The notes beneath the pieces are model-generated. The model saw only the letters and a list, made by a program, of their open reading frames with translations. It made no database searches and had not been told where the DNA came from. Source: Acutalibacteraceae bacterium (GTDB lineage: Bacteria > Bacillota_I > Bacilli_A > RFN20 > CAG-449). Taken from it: a DNA stretch of 64,000 bases. The DNA lies in contig CAVDMV010000003.1 in the NCBI GenBank assembly GCA_963610315.1, positions 39,146 to 103,145 of the forward strand, given 5' to 3'. A program made the translations under genes and the position numbers. This document shows, piece after piece, positions 48,546-58,541 of this stretch (its first letter is position 1; each line of letters starts with the position of its first letter).

Positions 48546-49664
48546 ATGAAACACATTAATTTATTACTTATTTCTTTATTAGCAACTACTACATTATTTT
48601 CTTGTTCAAATAATAGTAATAGTAATGAAGGAATCGAATATCAAACAATAGTAGATGCAAAAGATAGATCTATACAAGTAAAAAAAGAAGTTAACAAAAT
48701 TTGTGTAACATTTAACATTGAAGAATACTTTGCTATCTATGGTGATAATGCCGATACAAAATTAGTTGGTTGGTCACATTCTTATTTAAATGGTAGAAGA
48801 AATGATGCTTATGAAGCTTATACAAAAGCTTATCCTTCATTAGTTAGTATACCTGATATTGGTTATGGAGCGAGTTTAAATGCTGAATCTATCTTAGCTT
48901 TGAATCCTGATGTAGTTATTTCTTCTTTAAGCGCAGATTATTCTTATTTAGAGCCTCAATTATCATTATTAGAAAAAGCTAATATACCAGTTGTATTTGT
49001 CGATTATCATACAGATACTATTGAATCAATAAAAAATTCTAATTCAATATTAGGTAAATTATTAAATAGAGAAGATAGAGCTAATGAAATCTCTTCTTTT
49101 TATGAAAGTAAGGTTTCACCGATTTTTGAAAAAGCAAAAACTATTAAAGAGGAAGATAAACCTAATGTTTATATGGAATTTTCTAAAGGCAAAGATACAT
49201 ATGGTAACACTTGGTCAAATAAGATGTGGGGATCATTAATTCAACAAGTCGGTGGTAATAATATTGCTTATAACCTTACTGACGCAACAAGTGTTGATAT
49301 GGCTAAAGAAGCTATCATTAAATATAATCCTGATGTCATCATTTTAACAGGTACATTACAATCAGGTTTACAAGATAATGTTGTTTTAGGTTATAACCAA
49401 GATGAAGAAAAAGCAAAAATTAATTTAGCTTCATATTTAGAAAGAAGCGAATGGAAAGATATTAATGCCGTTAAAAATCGTAATTTATCCGCGGTATATC
49501 ATGACTTATCTCGCCATATATTTGATTTTGCTGGAGTTGAATTTTTAGCGAAGAAGATTCAACCAACTATTTTCGGTGATTTAGATCCTATGAAGGATTT
49601 AAAAGAATTTTTCTCAAAATATATGCCTTTTGAAATAGAAGGTTGTTTCACCGTTGAATTATAG
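48546..49664 (+). CDS. iron-chelate (siderophore/heme-type) ABC transporter substrate-binding lipoprotein
   Basis: Lipobox LFSC-SNN; TroA/FecB-like class III binding-protein architecture; 372 aa. Confidence 0.8.
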   Translation: MKHINLLLISLLATTTLFSCSNNSNSNEGIEYQTIVDAKDRSIQVKKEVNKICVTFNIEEYFAIYGDNADTKLVGWSHSYLNGRRNDAYEAYTKAYPSLVSIPDIGYGASLNAESILALNPDVVISSLSADYSYLEPQLSLLEKANIPVVFVDYHTDTIESIKNSNSILGKLLNREDRANEISSFYESKVSPIFEKAKTIKEEDKPNVYMEFSKGKDTYGNTWSNKMWGSLIQQVGGNNIAYNLTDATSVDMAKEAIIKYNPDVIILTGTLQSGLQDNVVLGYNQDEEKAKINLASYLERSEWKDINAVKNRNLSAVYHDLSRHIFDFAGVEFLAKKIQPTIFGDLDPMKDLKEFFSKYMPFEIEGCFTVEL

Positions 49665-49672
49665 GTCCATCT

Positions 49673-50689
49673 ATGAATAATTATATTATTTCTGATTATC
49701 TAAAAAAGAACCTCATTAAAATTAGTTCTTTAGTTGTTGTTACAATATTAGTTATCTTATTATTTTTTGTCGATATCTTTGTTGGAAGCGCAAATCTTAC
49801 AATTTTTGAAACTTTATGTGCGATATTTTCTCCCGGAAGCGTATCTTCAAATATTGTTTTAATTGTGCGAGAACTACGTATTCCTATCGCTTTAATGGCT
49901 ATTTTAATTGGTTTATCATTAGGTACAAGTGGTTCAGTTATGCAAACTATTCTTCATAATCCACTTGCTTCACCTTATACTTTAGGAATTGGTGCCGGCG
50001 CTTCATTTGGCGCGACTATCGCTATCCTTTTTTCCGGTAACGACTTTGTTATTGCCGGCTTAGCTTTCGTATTTGCTATGTTCATTTCTTTAACCATCTT
50101 TATCATTGGTAGATTTAAGAAAATATCAACGCATACTATGACATTATTAGGTATTGCCTTACTTTTCTTTTTCAAAGCTTTACAATCATTTGTTCAATAT
50201 TTTGCTAGTGAAGATCAAAATCAAAGCATTGTCTTCTGGGAATTTGGTTCTTTACAAAAGGTAGATTACCAAAAGGTCTTAATTTTATTAGTTGCTTTTG
50301 CGATTATTTTTCCTTTATTATTAAGAAATTCTTGGAAGTACACTACTCTTTCTTTAGGTGATATGAAAGCTGAAAGCTTAGGTATTCAAACTTCTAAATT
50401 AAAACTAGAATCATTTGTTCTCATTTCAATTTTATCAGCGTTATCAGTTTGTTTTACTGGTCCTATTGGTTTTATTGGTATTGCAAGTCCTCATATTGCT
50501 CGATTAATAACTGGCGATGATCATCGTTTCTATTTACCTCTTTCAGGGTTAATTGGAGCCTTTATCCTTTTAATATCAGATATTATTTCTAAAATTATTA
50601 TGCCTGGATCTATTTTCCCAATTGGTATTATTACATCATTAATTGGTGTTCCATTTTTCTTTGCAGTATTAATAAAGGAGAAAGATTAA
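49673..50689 (+). CDS. iron-chelate ABC transporter permease (FecCD family)
   Basis: 338 aa, about 9 TM helices, FecCD-type conserved Gly-rich segments. Confidence 0.85.
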   Translation: MNNYIISDYLKKNLIKISSLVVVTILVILLFFVDIFVGSANLTIFETLCAIFSPGSVSSNIVLIVRELRIPIALMAILIGLSLGTSGSVMQTILHNPLASPYTLGIGAGASFGATIAILFSGNDFVIAGLAFVFAMFISLTIFIIGRFKKISTHTMTLLGIALLFFFKALQSFVQYFASEDQNQSIVFWEFGSLQKVDYQKVLILLVAFAIIFPLLLRNSWKYTTLSLGDMKAESLGIQTSKLKLESFVLISILSALSVCFTGPIGFIGIASPHIARLITGDDHRFYLPLSGLIGAFILLISDIISKIIMPGSIFPIGIITSLIGVPFFFAVLIKEKD

Positions 50690-50690
50690 T

Positions 50691-51485
50691 ATGTCATTAA
50701 AAATTGAAAATATTTATTATGCTTATCCTAAATCAAATGAGAATACATTAAATGGTGTTTCTTTAGAATTAAAAGATGGAGAAATAACTACTATATTAGG
50801 TCCTAATGGAGCTGGTAAAACTACTCTTATTAAATTACTAACTTCTTCGATAAAAAAAGAAGGTAAAATCTATTTAGATAATAAAGATTTAAGTGAAATC
50901 TCTTTAAATGAAAGAAGTAATATCTTTGGCTATTTACCTCAAGAGAATTCAAAATTATCTTCTTTAACTGTCTTTGAAGTAGTTCTATTAGGTAATATTG
51001 ATAACTTAGGTATTAAAATTAGTAAAGAACAGCTTGAACATACTTCCTCAATCATTCAACAATTTGGATTATCTAATATTGCGAATAAAAAATTCTCTTC
51101 TTTATCAGGTGGACAAAGAAAAATTGTTTCTATCGCTCAAATAATTTCAAAGAATCCTAAAATATTAATTCTAGATGAGCCTACCGCGAACTTAGATGTC
51201 TATAATGAAATTGAAGTATTATCATTAATACAAAGTTATGTTAAAAAGAAAAATATTGCTTGCTTATTAGTTTTACATTCTATTAATCTAGCAAGTAGAT
51301 ATTCAGATAAAATATGCTTGTTAAAGAAAGGCCAAATATATAAAGTCGGCTCACCAATAGAAGTTATTACTGAAGAAAACTTATTAAATGTTTATCAAGT
51401 TAAAATTGAAAAAACTATATCTAAAAATGGTTATCCTTTAATTCATATTTTAGAAAATGAAGATAAGAAAGATTATTCATTTTAG
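50691..51485 (+). CDS. iron-chelate ABC transporter ATP-binding protein
   Basis: Walker A GPNGAGKTT, LSGGQRK signature, Walker B ILILDEPT; 264 aa. Confidence 0.88.
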   Translation: MSLKIENIYYAYPKSNENTLNGVSLELKDGEITTILGPNGAGKTTLIKLLTSSIKKEGKIYLDNKDLSEISLNERSNIFGYLPQENSKLSSLTVFEVVLLGNIDNLGIKISKEQLEHTSSIIQQFGLSNIANKKFSSLSGGQRKIVSIAQIISKNPKILILDEPTANLDVYNEIEVLSLIQSYVKKKNIACLLVLHSINLASRYSDKICLLKKGQIYKVGSPIEVITEENLLNVYQVKIEKTISKNGYPLIHILENEDKKDYSF

Positions 51486-51550
51486 TGAATAGTCTTTTTT
51501 GTTAGCAAATAAATAGGCTTGATTTGTTACAATCAAACCAAATAAGCTAC

Positions 51551-51624
51551 TGGAGCAATCAACGGGAATCGAACCCGCGTTAGAAGCTTGGGAAGCATCA
51601 GTTCTACCATTAAACTATGATTGC
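51551..51624 (-). tRNA. tRNA-Gly (anticodon probably CCC)
   Basis: Reverse complement GCAATCATAGTTTAATGGTAGAAC...TTCCCAA...GGGTTCGATTCCCGTTGATTGCTCCA; loop TTCCCAA as in E. coli glyU; one U-U mismatch in the anticodon stem. Confidence 0.75.
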
Positions 51625-51644
51625 ATAAAAGGCTTTCGCCTTTA

Positions 51645-52676
51645 TTAAATTAAGTATAAATAGATTAAATCTAAGGTATTTTTAATACCTTCAATGTGTG
51701 TTCTTTCCATGCCATGGGAAGCGTGTACGCCAGTACCGATTAATGCGCCTTTAAAGTCTCTACCAGCTCTAGAAGCGGCTGAAACATCGCTACTATAGAA
51801 TGGGAAGATATCAACGGTATATTTAATATTGTTTTCTTTTGCTAAGTTAATTAATCTAGTGGTTAATTCATAATCATATGGTCCACTCGCATCTTTCGCG
51901 CATATAGAACAAGAATATTCGTTTCCTGCTAAATCTAGGCCAATACAGCCCATATCAAGCGTGACAAATTCAGAAATTTCTTCACTTACTGCACTCGCGC
52001 CATGACCTACTTCTTCATAGACAACAAAATACATTTTTGTATTGTATTTAGGAGTTACGTTATGTTCTTTCATGTATGTTAAGAGCATTAATAAAATAAC
52101 TACTGAGGCTTTATCATCAATAAATCTAGTTTTTAAGAATCCTGATTCAGTGATTTCAAATTTAGGATCGTAACATACGATATCGCCGTTTTGAATACCT
52201 AGTTTTTCTACATCCGCTTTAGAAAATACTTTTTCATCTAATCTAACTTCAAGGTTATCAATATCTCTAGCTTTAGTTTTTGCATCAGGATAGACGTGAA
52301 CGGCAGGAGAAGTAGAAAGAATAGTTCCAGTATAAACCTTATTATCTCTAGTATAGATTTTACAGTATTCACCATCTAAAGTTGGAGTTGAAGGTCCTCC
52401 AAGAACTGTTAAAGCTAATGTACCGTTTGCTTTAATAGAACGAACCATGAGGCCTAATGTATCTAGATGTGCACTTGTCGCGACAGTTTTAGAATTATCT
52501 TTACCTTGAATAGAAACTTCTAATGCCCCGTTATTTAAAATCTTATAATCATAACCTAAATCTTTAATATAATTTTCTACTAGTTTTACCGCATTAGAAG
52601 TAAATCCTGTAGGTGAATCACAAGTAAAGACATCTTTAGATATCTTTTTAAATAAATCATAATTAAATTCAATCAT
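51645..52676 (-). CDS. M42-family aminopeptidase (glutamyl aminopeptidase/FrvX-like)
   Basis: M42 peptidase architecture; start at MIEFNY after AAAGGAGA RBS; about 343 aa. Confidence 0.8.
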   Translation of the reverse strand: MIEFNYDLFKKISKDVFTCDSPTGFTSNAVKLVENYIKDLGYDYKILNNGALEVSIQGKDNSKTVATSAHLDTLGLMVRSIKANGTLALTVLGGPSTPTLDGEYCKIYTRDNKVYTGTILSTSPAVHVYPDAKTKARDIDNLEVRLDEKVFSKADVEKLGIQNGDIVCYDPKFEITESGFLKTRFIDDKASVVILLMLLTYMKEHNVTPKYNTKMYFVVYEEVGHGASAVSEEISEFVTLDMGCIGLDLAGNEYSCSICAKDASGPYDYELTTRLINLAKENNIKYTVDIFPFYSSDVSAASRAGRDFKGALIGTGVHASHGMERTHIEGIKNTLDLIYLYLI

Positions 52677-52689
52677 TGCTAGTCTCCTT

Positions 52690-53154
52690 TTAATTAATAA
52701 TATCAATAAATTCTGCTTCTACGTATTTAGCTAGAGTATTAGGTTCAATTTCAATTTGATAACCTACTTTTCCCGCCGAAACGCATATTGTATCAAATAA
52801 AATAGCAGTATCATTAATAATCGTTTTAAATTTCTTTTTCATTCCAATAGGAGAACATCCTCCATGAATATAACCAGTTAATGGAAGAAGTTCTTTTTGA
52901 TGAATCATTTCAATCGATTTAACTCCAACTGCTTTTGCTGCCTTCTTTAAATCTAACGAATGATTGACTGGAATACAAAAGACATAATAATTTTTATCAT
53001 TAGCTTTTGTCACTAATGTTTTAAATACTTGTTCTACGTCTTGAGATAAAGTTTTCGCAACTTCTTCTCCATTAGTGATAGAATTACTATAAGTATGCAT
53101 CTCATATTCAATTTTTGCTGCATCTAATAAGCGAGAAACATTAGTCTTTTCCAT
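52690..53154 (-). CDS. ybaK: YbaK/ProX-type aminoacyl-tRNA trans-editing deacylase (Cys-tRNA(Pro) deacylase)
   Basis: 154 aa; YbaK-like fold; 14-nt overlap with the upstream gene. Confidence 0.75.
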   Translation of the reverse strand: MEKTNVSRLLDAAKIEYEMHTYSNSITNGEEVAKTLSQDVEQVFKTLVTKANDKNYYVFCIPVNHSLDLKKAAKAVGVKSIEMIHQKELLPLTGYIHGGCSPIGMKKKFKTIINDTAILFDTICVSAGKVGYQIEIEPNTLAKYVEAEFIDIIN

Positions 53155-54421
53155 TTTCTTTACCTATATTTTCTCTTGCAAGCGCAAGCATTAATTTAAT
53201 TCTATTTTCTTGGTTAACTTTACTTGCCGATGAATCATAATCAATTGGAGTAATATTAGTTTCTGGATACAATGACTTTAATTTATTCATAACGCCTTTA
53301 CCGCAGACATGATTTGGTAAACAACCAAATGGTTGAGCGCAGACAATATTAGGATAACCTTCTTTAATTAGTTCTTTCATTTCCGCGGAAAGTAACCATC
53401 CTTCACCCATTTTAGCCCCATGTTTAATAACACCTAAGGATTCTTTTCTCGTTTCTTTAAATGGTTTCATTGGAGTAAAGGAAGAATATTTCTTAATTGA
53501 TTTAATCATTAATGTTTCATAATGAGTAATAAATTTTAATAAGAAGGTATTATAGATTTTCTTAGATAATTTAGTTCCATAATATCGATGATCATATTCA
53601 CCATTCGCAAAGCAATATAATAAGAAGCCAAATACACCAGGAACGCAGATTTCCGCCCCTTCAGAAATTAAGAATTGTTCAAGGTTATTATTACCGATTG
53701 AAGCATATTTAACATAAATTTCTCCAACAATACCAACTTTTGGTTTAGGTGTAATTTCAATAGGTAAAGAAGCAAAATCGTTAACGATAGCTTTTAAGTT
53801 CTTCTTAATTTGATGTAAAGAAGATCCTCTTCCATTTCTAAGTTCATTTCGTAAATAATTATTCCATTTTACTACTAATTCATCAGAACTACCTTTTTTC
53901 GTTTCATATGATCTAGTTTTATTATGTAAATACATAATGGTATCACCATAAGTAACCGCAGCAAGTAGATTCATTAAGAAAGGTAATGTAATATCAATAC
54001 CCTCTGATTTAGATAAATCTCCAAGATTTAAGGTAATAACTGGAACAAAGCCAAAGCCAGCATTTTCTAATGCTTTTCTAAGTAATGGTACGTAGTTAGT
54101 CGCTCGACATCCTCCACCAGTTTGAGTGAGAACTAACGCGACATGATGAACATCATCTTCATGTTTTAAAGCGTCGATAAATTGACCGATAACACATGTT
54201 GCAGGATAACAAGTATCGTTATGAACGTATTTTAGTCCTTCTTTAACTAAGATAGTTTCTTTATTTTGAAGGATTTTTGCTTTAAAACCCATCTTTTCAA
54301 TCGCCCCAGCGATTATATCCATATGAGAATCAAGGAAGGAAGGAACTAAAATAGTATGAGTTTTTTTCATTTCAGGAGTGAACTTAGGATAATCTAAAAT
54401 ATAATCTTTTTTATTTTCCAT
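53141..54421 (-). CDS. 2-hydroxyacyl-CoA dehydratase-like (HgdB/DUF2229-type) protein
   Basis: 426 aa; conserved Cys-containing dehydratase-like fold; translationally coupled to the activase gene (11-nt overlap). Confidence 0.55.
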   Translation of the reverse strand: MENKKDYILDYPKFTPEMKKTHTILVPSFLDSHMDIIAGAIEKMGFKAKILQNKETILVKEGLKYVHNDTCYPATCVIGQFIDALKHEDDVHHVALVLTQTGGGCRATNYVPLLRKALENAGFGFVPVITLNLGDLSKSEGIDITLPFLMNLLAAVTYGDTIMYLHNKTRSYETKKGSSDELVVKWNNYLRNELRNGRGSSLHQIKKNLKAIVNDFASLPIEITPKPKVGIVGEIYVKYASIGNNNLEQFLISEGAEICVPGVFGFLLYCFANGEYDHRYYGTKLSKKIYNTFLLKFITHYETLMIKSIKKYSSFTPMKPFKETRKESLGVIKHGAKMGEGWLLSAEMKELIKEGYPNIVCAQPFGCLPNHVCGKGVMNKLKSLYPETNITPIDYDSSASKVNQENRIKLMLALARENIGKENGKD

Positions 54422-57332
54422 TTTTTTCTCTCTCCTTTCCTTCTAATGCGGCGAGTAATGATCTAATTCTAATCTTTACCGCGCCTAAATTAGTGATTTC
54501 ATCAATCTTAATTTGGGTATATATTTTGCCATTTGATTCAAGTAATTTCTTTGTTTCATCAGTTGTAATTGCATCTAGTCCGCAGCCAAATGATACAAGT
54601 TGAATAAGGTTTACATCTTCATTATCTGAAGCAAATTTTGCTGCAGAATATAATCGTGCGTGATATGTCCATTGATTTAAAACGTTAGTTGCAAATTTCT
54701 TATTTAAGTGAGAAATACTATCTTCAGTAATAACCGCACAATTAAAACCTAAGATTAGTTTATCAATACCATGGTTTACTTCTGGATCTACGTGATATGG
54801 TCTACCAGCAAGAACAAAGATTCTTTTTTCTTCTTTTCTTGCTTTTGAAATAATGATTTGGCCTTGTTCACGGATATATTTTAAATAATTATCGTATTCT
54901 TCATATGCTTTTTTTGAAGCTTGTTGAATCTCTTTTTTAGAAAATCCACCAATACGATAATTTAAGATTTCAAGAATCTTCTTATTAAATTGTTTTTTAT
55001 CATGTAAAGATAAATAGTCTCTAATAAAGTTAATATCTTTTAATTTTTCAACATTATTAATAATAGTTTCAGGATAATAAGCGACAATTGGACAATTGTA
55101 ATGGTTTTGAGAAATACCTTCATCAATGTTATATGACATACATGGATAGAAGATTACTTTATAACCATCGTCAATTAATTTTTCGATATGTCCATGAACT
55201 AATTTAGCTGGGTAACAAGCCGTATCAGATGGAATTGTATGTTGTCCTTTATGATATAAACTAGGTGAAGAAAATCCTGAATTATGAACTTCAAAACCTA
55301 ATTCAGTAAAGAAGGTATACCAGAAAGGTAATAATTCATAATTATTTAAAACTAAAGGTAAAGCAATTTTGCCTCTTTTACCAGCTTTAGGTTCATAAGA
55401 CATTAATTTATTTTGAATAATTTTATAAAGATTATATTCATCAGATTGAGATTTCTTAGTAATAGGTTTTTCACATTTATTACCAGAGATAAATTTACTT
55501 CCATTATTAAATGTATTCATTGTTAATGCACAATGGTTATTACAGCCATTACAGTTAAAAGAAACTGTTTTAAAAGTAAATGAATTAATTTCGTCAAGAG
55601 AAATGATACTTGATTTTTCTAATTTTAATTCTTTCGCTTGTAAAGCAGAACCATAAGCTCCAGCAAGGCCAGCAATATTAGGACGAGTAACATTTAGATT
55701 TAATTCTTTTTCAAAGGCCCTTAAAACCGCTTCATTATAGAAAGTACCGCCTTGAACAACAATGTTTTTACCTAGTTCACTAGGATCTGCGACTCTAATA
55801 ACCTTATAGATTGCATTTTTAACTACAGACATCGATAACCCTGCAGAAATATTATCAATAGTCGCGCCATCTTTTTGTGCTTGTTTAACGCTAGAGTTCA
55901 TAAAGACTGTACATCTTGAGCCTAAATCTACTGGCTTTTTAGCGAGTAAACCAAGCTTAGAGAATTCTTCAATGTTATAGCCTAAAGCATTAGAAAATGT
56001 TTGTAAGAAAGATCCACATCCGGAAGAACAAGCTTCGTTTAAGAAGATGTTAGAGATAACTCCATTTTCAATTTTGAAGCATTTAATATCTTGTCCCCCA
56101 ATGTCGATAATAAAATCAACATTGTTATTAAAGTGTTTTGCAGCTTTAAAATGAGCCATCGTTTCAACAATACCATAGTCTAAAGAAAAGGCATTTTTAA
56201 TTAAATCTTCGCCATAGCCTGTTGAACAAGCACCTTTAATTTTAGTATCAGGATTAATCTCATAAATCTCTTTTAAAATATCTTTAAAAACGATTAATGG
56301 TTTACCTTGGTTAGGTAAATATTTTGTATAACGAATATTTTCATTATCATCGATTAAAACAACTTTTAAAGTAGTTGATCCTGAATCAACACCTAAATAT
56401 AAATTATCTTTATAGCCTTCTAATGGAAGAATATCGACTTTAGCAAGAGCATGTCTTTTTCTAAATGCTTCTAGTTCTTCTTCTGAGTTAAATAAAGGCT
56501 CGTTAAATGCATAATTTCCGCTTGCTTTAGATTCTTCAAAAAGTAATAATACATCATCTAATTTATATTTTTTACTCGCGCATAAAGCTGATCCTAATGC
56601 AACATAAAATAAAGAATTTTCTGGACAAGTACCTTTTAATTCTAATGATTCATCAAAGGAATTCCTAAGTTCTTCAATAAATGTTAATGGTCCACCTAAA
56701 TAAACGATATTACCTTTAATTTCTCTACCTTGTGCAAGTCCTCCAATAGTTTGATTAACAACTGATTTAAAAATAGATCTTGCAACATCTTCTTTAGATG
56801 CACCTTGATTTAAAAGAGCTTGAATATCAGTTTTCGCGAAAACTCCACATCTAGAAGCAATTGTATATGTTTTATTAGCTTTACTAGATAGTTTGTTCAT
56901 CTCATCAATAGAAACATTTAATAATGTTGCCATTTGGTCAATAAATGCACCAGTTCCTCCGGCACAAGTACCGTTCATTCTTACTTCTAAACCGTGATTT
57001 AAAAAGAGAATCTTTGCATCTTCTCCTCCAAGTTCAATAATACAATCAGTATCTTTTAAATAAGTTGTGGCAGCAATTCTAGTTGCATAAACTTCTTGTA
57101 CGAAATCAATATTTAAGCTTTGAGCGATTCCCATTCCCGCGGAGCCACTCATACCGATGAATACATTTTCATCTAATATGATATTTTTATCTTTTAATTC
57201 CTTAATTACTTTTAATAAATTTTCTTTAATATGGGAATAATGACGAGTATATGAAGAATAAATTAATTTACCTTCATCATTTAATACGACACATTTAATA
57301 GTTGTTGATCCAATATCTAATCCAATGCGCAT
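54411..57332 (-). CDS. CoA-substrate-specific enzyme activase-like protein: two BadF/BcrA/HgdC-type ATPase domains plus a C-terminal dehydratase-like domain
   Basis: Two ASKHA-fold repeats (IGLDIGSTTIKCVV...; LGVDSGSTTLKVVL...), CNGCNNHC cysteine cluster, about 330 aa C-terminal domain; start at MRIGLD after GGAGG. Confidence 0.7.
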   Translation of the reverse strand: MRIGLDIGSTTIKCVVLNDEGKLIYSSYTRHYSHIKENLLKVIKELKDKNIILDENVFIGMSGSAGMGIAQSLNIDFVQEVYATRIAATTYLKDTDCIIELGGEDAKILFLNHGLEVRMNGTCAGGTGAFIDQMATLLNVSIDEMNKLSSKANKTYTIASRCGVFAKTDIQALLNQGASKEDVARSIFKSVVNQTIGGLAQGREIKGNIVYLGGPLTFIEELRNSFDESLELKGTCPENSLFYVALGSALCASKKYKLDDVLLLFEESKASGNYAFNEPLFNSEEELEAFRKRHALAKVDILPLEGYKDNLYLGVDSGSTTLKVVLIDDNENIRYTKYLPNQGKPLIVFKDILKEIYEINPDTKIKGACSTGYGEDLIKNAFSLDYGIVETMAHFKAAKHFNNNVDFIIDIGGQDIKCFKIENGVISNIFLNEACSSGCGSFLQTFSNALGYNIEEFSKLGLLAKKPVDLGSRCTVFMNSSVKQAQKDGATIDNISAGLSMSVVKNAIYKVIRVADPSELGKNIVVQGGTFYNEAVLRAFEKELNLNVTRPNIAGLAGAYGSALQAKELKLEKSSIISLDEINSFTFKTVSFNCNGCNNHCALTMNTFNNGSKFISGNKCEKPITKKSQSDEYNLYKIIQNKLMSYEPKAGKRGKIALPLVLNNYELLPFWYTFFTELGFEVHNSGFSSPSLYHKGQHTIPSDTACYPAKLVHGHIEKLIDDGYKVIFYPCMSYNIDEGISQNHYNCPIVAYYPETIINNVEKLKDINFIRDYLSLHDKKQFNKKILEILNYRIGGFSKKEIQQASKKAYEEYDNYLKYIREQGQIIISKARKEEKRIFVLAGRPYHVDPEVNHGIDKLILGFNCAVITEDSISHLNKKFATNVLNQWTYHARLYSAAKFASDNEDVNLIQLVSFGCGLDAITTDETKKLLESNGKIYTQIKIDEITNLGAVKIRIRSLLAALEGKEREKNGK

Positions 57333-57482
57333 AACTTTCCTCCATTTCTCAAATATTATAAGAAGAAGTCGGTTAAAAAACAATAAATAAAAAATACTCT
57401 CTTATTATTTTAAAAAAATAATATATTTCATTTTATTTCTTAATATTATATAATTAGTTTGTATTTCCAAGGAGGATTAACT

Positions 57483-58541
57483 ATGGGATTATTTAACAAA
57501 AAACAATTATTAAAAGTTATTGAATTTGAAGACGAATCAAAAGACGTTTTAGTTAACAAATATCAACTTAAAGATCGTGATGAGATTATGAACTCTTCTA
57601 CATTAGTAGTTAGACCATCTCAAATAGCATTATTTGTTCATAAAGGTCAAGTTTGTGATGTCTTTGCACCAGGTACATATAAATTAGCAACTGAAAACAT
57701 TCCTTTCTTAACTAAATTATTAAGTTTACCTACAGGTTTTGATTCACCTATTAAAGCAGAAGTATATTTCATTAATACAAAACAAATCACTGGTTTAAAA
57801 TGGGGAACTCAAAATCCAATCATGATGAGAGATAACGACTTCGGTAACGTTAGATTAAGAGCGTTCGGTGTCTACTCTTTCAAAGTTAAAAACGCAAAAG
57901 TCTTTATGGAAGAAATGTTTGGTACAAATTCTATCTATAAAGCAAGTGATGTAGCAGAACAAATGAAACCAGTCATCGTTCAAGGTTTCTCTGATGCAAT
58001 CGCTGAAAGTAAAATTTCTGCTCTCGATTTAGCAGCAAATTACAAAGAATTCTCAACAACAATTTTAGCGAAGAACCAAGAAGAATTTGAAAAATTCGGT
58101 CTTGAATTATGCACATTAGTCATTGAAAATATTTCTCTTCCAGAAGAAGTTGAAAAAGCTCTCGACGAAAGAACAAAACTTGGTGTTCTTGAAGATAAGA
58201 TGGGTACTTACGCTCAATACAAAGCTGCAAATGCAATGGAAGAAGCAGCAAAGAATCCTAATGGAAACAATATGGCTGGCTTAGGTGTTGGTATCGGCGC
58301 AGGAGCAAATATCGGAGCAATGTTTGGTTCAGCTTTATCAAGCGCACAAAATAAACCAAAAGAAGCACCAACTTCAACTGCAACTAAGAAATGTCCACAA
58401 TGTGGTGCAGATGTTCCTTCAACAAGTAAATTCTGCCCAGAATGTGGTGAAAAAATGCCAGTAGCTAAATTCTGTTCTAACTGCGGAGCTAAATTACAAG
58501 AAGGCGCAAAATTCTGTCCTGAATGTGGAGAAAAACAATAA
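57483..58541 (+). CDS. SPFH/Band-7 domain protein with four C-terminal zinc-ribbon CxxC motifs
   Basis: AAGGAGG RBS; SPFH-like N-terminal domain; C-terminal CPQCG...CPECG...CSNCG...CPECG. Confidence 0.75.
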   Translation: MGLFNKKQLLKVIEFEDESKDVLVNKYQLKDRDEIMNSSTLVVRPSQIALFVHKGQVCDVFAPGTYKLATENIPFLTKLLSLPTGFDSPIKAEVYFINTKQITGLKWGTQNPIMMRDNDFGNVRLRAFGVYSFKVKNAKVFMEEMFGTNSIYKASDVAEQMKPVIVQGFSDAIAESKISALDLAANYKEFSTTILAKNQEEFEKFGLELCTLVIENISLPEEVEKALDERTKLGVLEDKMGTYAQYKAANAMEEAAKNPNGNNMAGLGVGIGAGANIGAMFGSALSSAQNKPKEAPTSTATKKCPQCGADVPSTSKFCPECGEKMPVAKFCSNCGAKLQEGAKFCPECGEKQ

